This document shows positions 43,747 through 56,611 of a stretch of DNA of 64,000 bases, piece by piece (position 1 is the stretch's first letter; each line of letters begins with the position of its first letter). The stretch covers positions 11,323 through 75,322 of the forward strand of contig CABVDJ010000001.1 in NCBI GenBank assembly GCA_902497025.1, in the 5' to 3' direction. Both the position numbers and the translations under genes were made by a program. Under the pieces are notes generated by a model that did no database searches, was not told the origin of the DNA, and was given only the letters and a program-made list of their open reading frames with translations. The stretch comes from an uncultured Collinsella sp. (GTDB taxonomy: Bacteria > Actinomycetota > Coriobacteriia > Coriobacteriales > Coriobacteriaceae).

Positions 43747-45534
43747 ATGAGCCAGACCCGTCCCATCGATGAGCATTCCATGCACACCCGTACCTGCGGC
43801 GAGCTTCGCTTCGAGAACGTGGGCGAAGAGGTCACCCTCACCGGTTGGGTGAGCCGTCGCCGCGACCACGGCGGCCTTATCTTCTGCGACCTTCGCGACC
43901 GCGAGGGCATTACGCAGCTCACCTTCGACCCCGAGCACTCCGATGGCGATGCCTTTAAGATCGCCGAGACCATGCGTCCCGAGTGGCCCATCAAGATTCA
44001 CGGCGTCGTGCGCGCCCGTGGCGAGGGGACCACCAACACCAAGCTCGCGACCGGCGAGATCGAGGTCCTGACCGACCACGCCGAGGTGCTCAACACGTCC
44101 GTCACCCCGCCGTTCCAGATCGAGGACGGCATCGAGACCAGCGAGGACACTCGCCTGCGCTATCGCTATCTGGACCTCCGCCGTCCCGAGATGATGGCCA
44201 ACCTCAAGCTGCGCTCCGACTTCACCTTTGCCATTCGCGAGGCGCTGCACAACCGTGAGTTCATGGAGGTCGAGACGCCCTCCCTGTTCAAGTCTACGCC
44301 CGAGGGCGCCCGCGACTTCATCGTCCCCAGCCGCATCCAGCCGGGCAACTTCTACGCCCTGCCGCAGTCCCCGCAGCTTCTGAAGCAGCTGCTCATGGTC
44401 GGTGGCGTCGAGCGCTACTACCAGGTTGCCAAGTGCTTCCGCGACGAGGACCTGCGCGCCGACCGTCAGCCCGAGTTCACCCAGGTCGATATCGAGATGT
44501 CCTTCGTGGACCAGAACGATGTCATGAGCGCACTCGAGGAGGTTCTTGCCGATGCCTTCGGTCGCATGGGTGTCGAGATGCCCACGCCGCTGCGTCGCAT
44601 GAACTACTGGGAGGCCATGGACACCTATGGCTCCGACAAGCCCGATACCCGCTACGGCATGCACCTGGTCGACCTGACCGACATCTTTGCCAACTCCAAG
44701 TTCAAGGTCTTCGCGACCGCTGCGAACGAGGAGGGCTCTGTCGTCAAGGCCATCAACGCCAAGGGCGCCGGTGCCTGGGCGCGTGCCAAGATCGATAAGC
44801 TCGCCGGCGTGGCCTCCACGTTTGGCGCCAAGGGCCTGGCCTGGATCGCCTTCCGCGAGGACGGTTCCATCAACAGCCCCATCGTCAAGTTCTTCTCGGA
44901 CGAGGAGATGGCGGCTCTGCGCGAGCGCATGGACGTCGAGCCCGGCGACCTTGTGATGTTCGCCGCCGGCCCGCGCCTGCTTTCTGATGAGATCCTGGGC
45001 GGTATGCGTTCGCACATGGCCAATGCGCTCGAGATCAAGCGCGAGGGTCACGACTTCCTGTGGGTCGTCAACTTCCCGCTGTTCCATTGGGACGAGGATC
45101 GCAAGGCCTATGCTGCCGAGCATCAGCCCTTTACCCTGCCGACCGAGACCGACATCGCCAAGATCGAGGCCGATCCGCTGGCAGCCGGTTCGTGCACCTA
45201 CGACTTTGTCATGGACGGCTTTGAGGCCGGCGGCGGCGGTATGCGTATCCACAACGCCGAGATGCAGATGTCCATGCTCAAGCTCCTGGGCTTTACCGAG
45301 GAGCGCGCCGAGTCTCAGTTTGGCTTCCTCATGGAGGCCCTCAAGTTTGGTGCGCCCCCGATGGGCGGTTTCGCTCTGGGTCTGGACCGCGTGTGCATGC
45401 TGCTCACCGGTTCCGACTCCATCCGCGACGTCATGGCGTTCCCCAAGACGGCCAGTGGCTCCGACCTTATGTCGGGTGCTCCGAGTGCCGTTTCCGGCGC
45501 CCAGCTCAAGGACGTCAGCCTGCGCCTGATGTAG
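43747..45534 (+). CDS. aspS: aspartate--tRNA ligase
   Basis: OB-fold N-terminus, class-IIb motifs (FRDEDLRADRQPEFTQ, GGGMRIH, FALGLDR) and a bacterial insertion domain. 595 aa. Confidence 0.95.
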   Translation: MSQTRPIDEHSMHTRTCGELRFENVGEEVTLTGWVSRRRDHGGLIFCDLRDREGITQLTFDPEHSDGDAFKIAETMRPEWPIKIHGVVRARGEGTTNTKLATGEIEVLTDHAEVLNTSVTPPFQIEDGIETSEDTRLRYRYLDLRRPEMMANLKLRSDFTFAIREALHNREFMEVETPSLFKSTPEGARDFIVPSRIQPGNFYALPQSPQLLKQLLMVGGVERYYQVAKCFRDEDLRADRQPEFTQVDIEMSFVDQNDVMSALEEVLADAFGRMGVEMPTPLRRMNYWEAMDTYGSDKPDTRYGMHLVDLTDIFANSKFKVFATAANEEGSVVKAINAKGAGAWARAKIDKLAGVASTFGAKGLAWIAFREDGSINSPIVKFFSDEEMAALRERMDVEPGDLVMFAAGPRLLSDEILGGMRSHMANALEIKREGHDFLWVVNFPLFHWDEDRKAYAAEHQPFTLPTETDIAKIEADPLAAGSCTYDFVMDGFEAGGGGMRIHNAEMQMSMLKLLGFTEERAESQFGFLMEALKFGAPPMGGFALGLDRVCMLLTGSDSIRDVMAFPKTASGSDLMSGAPSAVSGAQLKDVSLRLM

Positions 45535-45559
45535 GCAAGCGGCTACATATTGCTTGCAA

Positions 45560-45592
45560 CGAGGGAAGGACGTGTGCCTTCCCTCGTTTTTT
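45560..45592 (+). terminator. Rho-independent terminator after aspS
   Basis: CGAGGGAAGG..CCTTCCCTCG stem followed by TTTTTT. Confidence 0.7.
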
Positions 45593-45605
45593 ATGCGCCG
45601 AGATT

Positions 45606-45835
45606 GTGAGGGTATATAGGGTGACCGGGCGTCGCGGAAAGTGCGTCCCGGAATCTGGGTCCAGAACGGGTCGCGCTTTCCCAAAGGGGGTCCTCTGGGA
45701 AAGCGCGACCCAGAATTCGGCAAAATAATGGGGCACAGTTTCCGGTTGAGCTGTCTAACGGAAACTGTGCCCCAGAATGAGCACTCAAAACGGGGCAGGC
45801 TTTCCGTAACAACTGTCTGGCGGAAAGCCTGCCCC
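45606..45835. repeat. Phased tandem array of 44-nt perfect hairpins (62-nt period; 3 full units plus 1 half unit)
   Basis: Units at 45668-45711, 45730-45773 and 45792-45835. Each has a 15-bp perfect stem and a 14-nt loop, with 18-nt spacers starting (A/G)GAAT. At 45606-45649 only the right arm is recognisable. Confidence 0.8.
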
Positions 45836-45841
45836 AATTTC

Positions 45842-46858
45842 TTATAGCGAGTCTCTCTGGATCAGCTGCATGTGCATCACGGAGGTGGTGGGCTCGGCAC
45901 CCTTGATCATGTCGAGCGCAATGTTGGCGGCCATGTGGCCTTCTTCGCGCAGGGGCTGGCGGACGGTCGTGAGCGCGGGGACGCAGCGCGTCGCAATCTC
46001 GTGATCGTCGAAGCCGACGACAGAAATGTCCGCCGGAACGGATAGGCCTGCCTCGTTGAGTGCGGTGATGACGCCAGCCGCGATACGGTCCGATCCGCAG
46101 AGCACGCCATCGAAAACAATCTCGCGCGCGAGGATCTGGTGCATGGCCTGATAGCCGTCTCCGTTGTTCCAGCCGGTATAGATAACGTTTGCGTCTGGGA
46201 GGTCTTCGCCCAAGACGGCGCGGTAGCCGCGCAGGCGGTCGACAACGGCGGGGTTGTCTTGCGGTCCCAACACGGCGACGATATCTTTGCGCCCTCGCTC
46301 CTTCATAGCGAGCGCTGCAAAGCGTCCGCCCTCTTCGTCGTCAGAGTAGACCGTCGAGAACACATCGCGATAGGGGTGGCCCTCGAGCTGGCCGCACAAC
46401 ACGGTGGGTACGCCCAGATCGCGCAGCACCTCGAGCAGCTCGCTGCCCTTGTAGGGGGAGACGTCGATCACGGCGTCGAACGAGCGGCGCTCAAAGTGCT
46501 CGCGTGCGCGGTTGCGCTCATGCGTAGAAGACGCCTGCAAGATAACGGGCAGATAGGACGACTCCGACAGTTCCTCGGTAATGCCGCTCAAAAACTCGCT
46601 ATAGGTGGGGTCGCTGAAGAGTTCACTTAGGGGCTCGGTCACGAGCACGGCGATGATTTCCGTGCGCCCGACAGCGAGCGCTCGGCCACGAGCGTTGGGG
46701 ACAAAATTGACTTCCTTGGCCGCCGCGCGGACGCGCTTTTTGGTTTCCTCGCTAATGCGGGGCGAATCGTTGAGAGCACGCGATGCCGTCGAGCGCGACA
46801 CGCCGGCAGCTGCGGCAACCTCGGCAAGCGTAGGTGCGGTGCGAACTGGTTGGGTCAT
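45842..46858 (-). CDS. LacI-family transcriptional regulator (divergent from the beta-galactosidase gene)
   Basis: N-terminal HTH TLAEVAAAAGVSRSTASRALN plus a periplasmic-binding-protein-like sugar domain. 338 aa. Confidence 0.9.
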   Translation of the reverse strand: MTQPVRTAPTLAEVAAAAGVSRSTASRALNDSPRISEETKKRVRAAAKEVNFVPNARGRALAVGRTEIIAVLVTEPLSELFSDPTYSEFLSGITEELSESSYLPVILQASSTHERNRAREHFERRSFDAVIDVSPYKGSELLEVLRDLGVPTVLCGQLEGHPYRDVFSTVYSDDEEGGRFAALAMKERGRKDIVAVLGPQDNPAVVDRLRGYRAVLGEDLPDANVIYTGWNNGDGYQAMHQILAREIVFDGVLCGSDRIAAGVITALNEAGLSVPADISVVGFDDHEIATRCVPALTTVRQPLREEGHMAANIALDMIKGAEPTTSVMHMQLIQRDSL

Positions 46859-47100
46859 GGCGTCTCCTGGAGAATGCGGTCGATGTTGTCGCTGATGCGG
46901 GCTGGTGCGGATACAGCTTACTATAGTGCGCCTGAACAGCGTTCATGATATCCGGTGACCGGTGTCGTTTTGCAACCAAGCCGCAATCGAATACGTCTCG
47001 TATGGGTGAGATATCAGCGGGCGTGGTGGTTGCCTACGAGCTTAAGAACGATGTCTTGCGCTGAGTTTCGATACTCAGGGTGACATAAGTGTCGCGGTTG

Positions 47101-47114
47101 TACAACCGGTTGCA
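47101..47114. promoter_or_regulatory. LacI-type operator half-palindrome, site 1
   Basis: TACAACCGGTTGCA. Matches the generic TGnAAnCGnTTnCA LacI/GalR operator pattern at every fixed position except one, in the left half. Confidence 0.6.
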
Positions 47115-47145
47115 CCGTTAACCCGACCAAATCGACCGTTCAGCG

Positions 47146-47159
47146 GACAACCGGTTGCA
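47146..47159. promoter_or_regulatory. LacI-type operator, site 2
   Basis: GACAACCGGTTGCA, 45 bp after site 1. Confidence 0.6.
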
Positions 47160-47187
47160 CAGTATTTTGCATCGCCCGTAAGATAAG

Positions 47188-47201
47188 GACAACCGGTTGC
47201 A
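47188..47201. promoter_or_regulatory. LacI-type operator, site 3
   Basis: GACAACCGGTTGCA, 42 bp after site 2 and 34 bp before the beta-galactosidase ATG. Confidence 0.6.
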
Positions 47202-47219
47202 CAAGAATCACTACGATGA

Positions 47220-50243
<3,024 letters not shown>

Positions 50244-50246
50244 GCC

Positions 50247-50702
50247 ATGCATGTCTTTAACTCGCGCGCCGATTTCGACGCTCAGATGAAGTCCGTCAAG
50301 AAGTGGATGCGTACCGGCCAGGCGCTCGATGGCGTTGCCGGCCTGCAGCACGACGTGGCGTACTCTATCGGCGACTCGCTGGTGTATTGGTGGGTGAACG
50401 CCCACGAGGCGGTTACTGCCGACCTGGTCGGTCACCGTCGCTACCATGCCGTGCTCGCTCCGCTCGACGGCGACCTGACCGTCGAGGTTGCCCCCAAGGC
50501 AGGTCTCACCTGCACCCGCGCTTACAGCGATATCGATGATCGCGAGCGCTTTGAGGGGGCGGGGGAGACCGTGACGATTCCCGCCGGCGGCGTTGCCGTC
50601 GTCGAGATCGACGAGGCTTGCCGTGTTATCGCCGAGGCTTCGGATCCCCGCGTGGTGGTACTGCACGTGACGGTCGAAGGTTATTCCTTCCCCAACAAGT
50701 AG
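50247..50702 (+). CDS. ebgC: EbgC/YhcH/YjgK-family protein (beta-galactosidase subunit beta-like)
   Basis: 151 aa. KKW, YSIGDSLVY, GHRRYH, GETVTI and C-terminal VLHVTVEGYSFPNK line up with my memory of E. coli EbgC (HSIGDSLTY, GHRRYF, VLKVTIEDGYFHNK). Confidence 0.8.
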   Translation: MHVFNSRADFDAQMKSVKKWMRTGQALDGVAGLQHDVAYSIGDSLVYWWVNAHEAVTADLVGHRRYHAVLAPLDGDLTVEVAPKAGLTCTRAYSDIDDRERFEGAGETVTIPAGGVAVVEIDEACRVIAEASDPRVVVLHVTVEGYSFPNK

Positions 50703-50843
50703 TATTCGTCCGTTTGGACGTTTGCTTCGCGCCGTTAAGGGGGATGGCTTTGTTGACTCCCTTTTCCCCATTCCCCTTAGCAGGTGCGCCGTCCGTGTTT
50801 GCACTTGCAGCTCGGACGGGTTTAGATGACATTTAATAGATGA

Positions 50844-52319
<1,476 letters not shown>

Positions 52320-52419
52320 CGGCTAGGATTAATCTACGGCTGTGGAATAAATCGATTCCCTTTCCTAAGGAGGGGCCTTACGAGGCCCCTCCTTTTGTGT
52401 TTTGGAGCATGGTTTTGGA

Positions 52420-52647
52420 CCCTGTGGTCAAAAAATACCAAATATGAGTACTGTTGCAAAAGAGGTGTCATATTTTTCGGCCTGCTCTGAGCGAAAATGG
52501 GCTCATAATCAATTTATCTAGCCCCCTTTAAAGGGCGTTTGACGGCTTTCAACCTCTTCGAATCGCTCAAAGTAGGCAATTTGCTCTCGATTTTGCTGCT
52601 ACTAAATTGGTGACAGTACTCATATTTGCCACTTTTTGACCACGGGG
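52420..52647. mobile_element. MITE-like non-autonomous element, copy 2 (about 228 bp)
   Basis: Left end CCCTGTGGTCAAAAAATACCAAATATGAGTACTG (52420-52453). Right end CAGTACTCATATTTGCCACTTTTTGACCACGGGG (52614-52647). Same termini as 3229-3455, but the interior has diverged. Confidence 0.6.
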
Positions 52648-52740
52648 TATCCGGAGGGGTCCTCGACAAGCATCTAACGCTACAATAACTACCACGTGGC
52701 TGGGTTTGCCGGCCGAATGTGCGATGCCGCGGGAGGGGAC

Positions 52741-52989
52741 ATGGTCGAGTTTACAAAGACGATTAAAGATCCGTTGGGATTACATGCCCGCCCGGTTGCG
52801 CTGCTCTATGACATCATTGCCAAGCATCGTAGCGACGTGTCAGTCAGTATCGGCGATCGCCACACGGATGGCCGCGACGTTATAGGGCTCATGGCACTCT
52901 GCGGCGAGTGCGGCGAGGACATCATCTTCCGCGTCTCGGGCGTGGATGAGGCCTCCTGCGTCACGTCGATCAGAAATCTCTCGCTTTAA
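52741..52989 (+). CDS. HPr-family phosphocarrier-like protein (82 aa)
   Basis: Active-site context GLHARP (His15 equivalent). By alignment from memory with B. subtilis HPr, the Ser46 position (KSIMGVMSLG) reads RDVIGLMALC, which puts Asp there. No EI or EII genes in the window. Confidence 0.7.
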   Translation: MVEFTKTIKDPLGLHARPVALLYDIIAKHRSDVSVSIGDRHTDGRDVIGLMALCGECGEDIIFRVSGVDEASCVTSIRNLSL

Positions 52990-53081
52990 GCATGACAGGG
53001 CGTGGTAAAGGATGGTCCTTTGCCGCGCCCTTTTGTTTCGTATGGGAAACTTTTTCGAAATCTGAATGGGGACCCTTTCCA

Positions 53082-53135
53082 AAAAGTTAACCACGTGTTA
53101 GTTTACTAAAGCGAACATAGGCGTGGTTAACTTTT
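53082..53135. promoter_or_regulatory. 14-bp perfect inverted repeat upstream of the feo operon
   Basis: AAAAGTTAACCACG (53082-53095), 26-nt gap, CGTGGTTAACTTTT (53122-53135). Ends 43 nt before the feoA start. Confidence 0.45.
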
Positions 53136-53177
53136 GCTGCGTCGATGTGAAGGACGAACTGACGTTAGGAGCCACTC

Positions 53178-53420
53178 ATGTCTTGCGGACCGCAGATGCC
53201 GGCAATGCCGCTTTCGATGGTAAAAGCGGGCGAAACCGTGCGCGTGTCTCGTGTAAAGGGCAATGAGGATATGAAGCACCACCTCAAGGACCTCGGCTTT
53301 GTCGAGGGCAGCGAGATCCACGTGGTGAGCTCGAGTGGCGCCAATATTATCGTCACGGTGCTGGGCGCACGCTTTGGTATCGATTCCAAGGTTGCCATGC
53401 ACATCATGACCGTCGGTTAG
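53178..53420 (+). CDS. feoA: FeoA-family protein (copy 1)
   Basis: 80 aa SH3-like FeoA pattern (GETVRVSRV.. LKDLGFVEGSEI). AGGAG RBS lies 6 nt upstream. Confidence 0.85.
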   Translation: MSCGPQMPAMPLSMVKAGETVRVSRVKGNEDMKHHLKDLGFVEGSEIHVVSSSGANIIVTVLGARFGIDSKVAMHIMTVG

Positions 53421-53460
53421 TCGACGGTATTTCTGTACGTACTGAAAGGGGGACAAGAGG

Positions 53461-53682
53461 ATGAAGACGTTGGGTGACGTTAAGGTGGGCGAGAGCTCCA
53501 CCATCGTCAAGCTTCACGGTGAGGGTGCGCTTCGCCGCCACCTTATGGACCTGGGGCTCATCAAGGGCACTTCGTTCAAGGTCGTGAAGGTTGCACCGCT
53601 CGGTGATCCGGTCGAGATCAACGTGCGCGGCTACGAGCTTTCCATCCGCAAGGAGGAGGCCGCCGTCGTCGAGGTTCAGTAA
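53461..53682 (+). CDS. feoA: FeoA-family protein (copy 2)
   Basis: 73 aa FeoA pattern (GESSTIVKLHG.. LMDLGLIKGTSFKVV). Confidence 0.85.
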   Translation: MKTLGDVKVGESSTIVKLHGEGALRRHLMDLGLIKGTSFKVVKVAPLGDPVEINVRGYELSIRKEEAAVVEVQ

Positions 53683-53805
53683 GGACTCGCGCCGCATATT
53701 TCTGCAGATAAAGTTAGGTTTTTCTAACTTAATGCAGCATCTTTGAAGCACATTATCCAGCCTGCGCGGAGAAAGCAGCGCAGGCACACAAGGAAGAAGG
53801 ATTGA

Positions 53806-56133
53806 ATGGCGGATTCTCAGATCCATGTCGCGCTGGCGGGTAACCCCAACTGCGGCAAGACCACGCTTTTCAACCTGATCACCGGCGCCAACGGCTACGT
53901 TGGCAACTGGCCCGGCGTCACGGTTGAGAAAAAGGAAGCCAAGCTCCTAAGCGACAAGAACGTTACCATCACGGACCTCCCTGGCATCTACTCGCTTTCC
54001 CCCTACAGCCCCGAGGAGCAATGCTCGCGCGATTACCTCATGAGCGGCGAGCCCGATGTCGTCGTCCAGGTTGTCGACGCCACCAACCTCGAGCGCAACC
54101 TGTACCTGGCGCTTCAGGTTATCGAGACCGGCCTGCCCGTGGTCGTCGCCCTCAACATGGCCGACTTGGTCGAGAAGAACGGCGACAAGATCGACACGGA
54201 CAAGCTCTCCAAGAAGCTCGGTTGTCCGGTCATGATGATCTCGGCTCTTAAGAACAAGGGCATCAAGGAGCTTTTCGAGCAAGTCAAGAAGTCCGCTGCT
54301 TCTAAGGGCCAGGTGCCGGAGCACAAGTTCGATTCCTCCATCGAGGACGTTCTAGGCCACATCGAGAACAATCTGCCGGCGAGCGTTCCCGCCAACAAGC
54401 GCCGCTACTACGCTGTCAAGCTGTTTGAGCGCGACGCGGACGCCTGCAAGCTCATCAACCTCACCAAGGAGAAGGCCGCTCGCGTGGAGCAGCTGGTCGC
54501 CCAGTGCGAGCAGGACTGCGACGACGATGCCGAGTCCATCATCACCGGTGAGCGCTACGGCGTGATCGCTCACATCATCGACGAGTGCCTCACCAAAGCC
54601 CCGGCCAAGATGAGCACCTCCGAGAAGATCGACCGCGTGGTTACCAACCGTATCCTGGGCCTGCCGATTTTTGTCGTCATCATGTTCTGCGTGTACTACA
54701 TCGCCGTTTCCACCTTGGGTGGCACGGTGACGGACTTCACCAACGACCAGCTCTTCGGCACCGACGGCTGGTACGTGCTCGGTCAGGGCCGCGACGCTTA
54801 CGACGCGGCTGTCGAGGCCGCGGGTGACGACGCCGACTCGGTCGACCCGGCACAGTACGGCCCCTATGTCCCGGGTATCACCACCATGGTGCACGATGCC
54901 CTCGTGGCGGGTGGCACCGAGGACGGTGGCCTGGTCGATTCGCTGGTCTGCGACGGTATCGTTGGCGGCCTGGGCGCCATCTTCGGCTTTGTGCCGCAGA
55001 TGTTCCTGCTGTTCGTGATGCTGTCCTTCCTGGAGGACTGCGGCTACATGGCCCGCGTCGCCTTTATCATGGACCGCGTGTTCCGCCGCTTTGGCCTGTC
55101 CGGTAAGTCGTTCATCCCCATGCTCGTGTCCTCGGGCTGCGGCGTCCCCGGCGTCATGGCCACCAAGACCATCGAGAACGAGAAGGACCGCCGCATGACG
55201 GTCATGACCACCACGTTCATCCCCTGCGGCGCCAAGCTGCCGATCATCGCCCTGCTCATGGGCTCCATCATTGGCGATTCTTCCACCACGGCCGCATGGA
55301 TCAGCCCGCTCTTCTACTTCCTGGGCGTCTTTGCCGTCATCGCCTCGGGCCTCATGCTCAAGAAGACCAAGCTCTTCGCCGGCCGTCCGACCCCGTTTGT
55401 CATGGAGCTTCCTGCCTACCACTTCCCGGCGATCCGTTCCTGGGCGCTGCACGTGTGGGAGCGCTGCTGGGCCTTTATCAAGAAGGCCGGCACGGTCATC
55501 TTTGCGTCCACCGTCGTCGTTTGGTTCCTCTCCAACTTTGGTAGCTATAACGGTTCCTTTGGCTTCCTGCCTGCGATGGACGGCATCCCCGAGGAGTTTA
55601 TGGACTACTCCGTGCTTGCCATGCTGGGCAACCTGGTCGCTTGGATCTTCGCCCCGCTCGGCTTTAGCACCTGGCAGGCAACCGCGCTGACCGTCTCTGG
55701 CCTTGTGGCTAAGGAGAACGTCGTCGCCACCGCCGGCTCGCTGCTGTCCGTCGCAGACGCGGGCGAGACCGACCCGAGCCTGTGGACCGCGTTTGCCGGC
55801 ATGTTCCCCACCATGGGCGCTTGCGTTGCCTTCGGCGCCTTCAACCTGCTGTGCGCTCCGTGCTTTGCCGCCATTGGCACCATCCGCAACCAGATGGACT
55901 CTGGCAAGTGGACCGCGATTGCCATCGGCTACGAGTGCGCCTTCGCTTGGGTGATTGGCCTGTTCATCAACCAGTTCTACAACCTGCTTGTCCTTGGGCA
56001 GTTTGGTATCTGGACGGTTGTGGCGATTGTGCTGCTGGTCGCGATGCTCTTCCAGATCTTCCGTCCCATGCCCAAGCATGCGTGGACGGACGAGGACGAG
56101 ACCAACACTGCTTCCGCCGCAGTTTCCGCTTAA
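53806..56133 (+). CDS. feoB: ferrous iron transporter FeoB
   Basis: N-terminal G-domain (GNPNCGKTT, DLPG, NMAD) and a C-terminal polytopic membrane domain. 775 aa. Confidence 0.95.
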   Translation: MADSQIHVALAGNPNCGKTTLFNLITGANGYVGNWPGVTVEKKEAKLLSDKNVTITDLPGIYSLSPYSPEEQCSRDYLMSGEPDVVVQVVDATNLERNLYLALQVIETGLPVVVALNMADLVEKNGDKIDTDKLSKKLGCPVMMISALKNKGIKELFEQVKKSAASKGQVPEHKFDSSIEDVLGHIENNLPASVPANKRRYYAVKLFERDADACKLINLTKEKAARVEQLVAQCEQDCDDDAESIITGERYGVIAHIIDECLTKAPAKMSTSEKIDRVVTNRILGLPIFVVIMFCVYYIAVSTLGGTVTDFTNDQLFGTDGWYVLGQGRDAYDAAVEAAGDDADSVDPAQYGPYVPGITTMVHDALVAGGTEDGGLVDSLVCDGIVGGLGAIFGFVPQMFLLFVMLSFLEDCGYMARVAFIMDRVFRRFGLSGKSFIPMLVSSGCGVPGVMATKTIENEKDRRMTVMTTTFIPCGAKLPIIALLMGSIIGDSSTTAAWISPLFYFLGVFAVIASGLMLKKTKLFAGRPTPFVMELPAYHFPAIRSWALHVWERCWAFIKKAGTVIFASTVVVWFLSNFGSYNGSFGFLPAMDGIPEEFMDYSVLAMLGNLVAWIFAPLGFSTWQATALTVSGLVAKENVVATAGSLLSVADAGETDPSLWTAFAGMFPTMGACVAFGAFNLLCAPCFAAIGTIRNQMDSGKWTAIAIGYECAFAWVIGLFINQFYNLLVLGQFGIWTVVAIVLLVAMLFQIFRPMPKHAWTDEDETNTASAAVSA

Positions 56134-56221
56134 GTCCGAATAAGGATTAACCCCTTTCCACGAGCCCGGGTGTCCCAGCGACACTCGGGCTTTTTGGTGG
56201 GGGAGATGTGGCGTTTCCGCA

Positions 56222-56257
56222 GATAAAACCGACCAAAATTAACCTGTCCCTTTTTGG
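56222..56257. repeat. Solo copy of the right terminal repeat of the 5798-5941 element
   Basis: GATAAAACCGACCAAAATTAACCTGTCCCTTTTTGG matches 5906-5941 at 35 of 36 positions. No inverted partner nearby. Confidence 0.6.
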
Positions 56258-56308
56258 TAGGTGGAGAATGGGGTAAAGTAAGTGGTGGTTAACTAGAGGA
56301 GGCTTGCT

Positions 56309-56509
56309 ATGGCACCTATCGATATTGTTGTACTGGCTGTTATCGGTATTGCGTTTGTCGCCGTGTGCGTGCGCATCTACCGCAAGGGCACCTGCGCCGA
56401 CTGCGCTCAGGGCGGCGTTTGCACGGGGCATTGCTCCAACAAAAAGACGTGCGCCGCACTTAAGGGTGTGGACAAAATCGCCGAAGACTTGGGCCGCGGT
56501 ATTCATTAG
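56309..56509 (+). CDS. FeoB-associated Cys-rich small membrane protein
   Basis: 66 aa with an N-terminal TM helix and then a Cys cluster CADCAQGGVCTGHC. AGAGGAGG RBS. Immediately downstream of feoB. Confidence 0.75.
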   Translation: MAPIDIVVLAVIGIAFVAVCVRIYRKGTCADCAQGGVCTGHCSNKKTCAALKGVDKIAEDLGRGIH

Positions 56510-56611
56510 CCGACCGGCGTTTGGGAATGATTGACTTCGGATACGGCGGTTGCTGATACGATAAGTACGTTAGCAACTGCCGCCGAGCGGCTCAAACGAA
56601 AGGAACCCTGT

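Noticed and set aside
45606-45835. CRISPR array interpretation of the 62-nt periodic repeats.
   Set aside because: In CRISPR the repeats are identical and the spacers are unique. Here the hairpin 'repeats' differ from each other while the 18-nt 'spacers' share a conserved start. There are only 3.5 units and no cas genes in the window.
43603-45837. 744-aa ORF on the minus strand, plus similar very long antisense ORFs at 47211-49367, 34864-37023, 21261-23273, 54352-56184, 49995-51860, 6228-7370, 13114-14217, 16066-17229 and 41940-42770.
   Set aside because: Each lies antisense to a gene with unmistakable family motifs (aspS, ebgA, ppc, htpG, feoB, the APC permease, serS, VanRS-like, PhoPR-like, larB). 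Their translations are low-complexity Arg/Gly/Ala/His/Leu-rich strings, typical of stop-poor reverse frames in GC-rich DNA.
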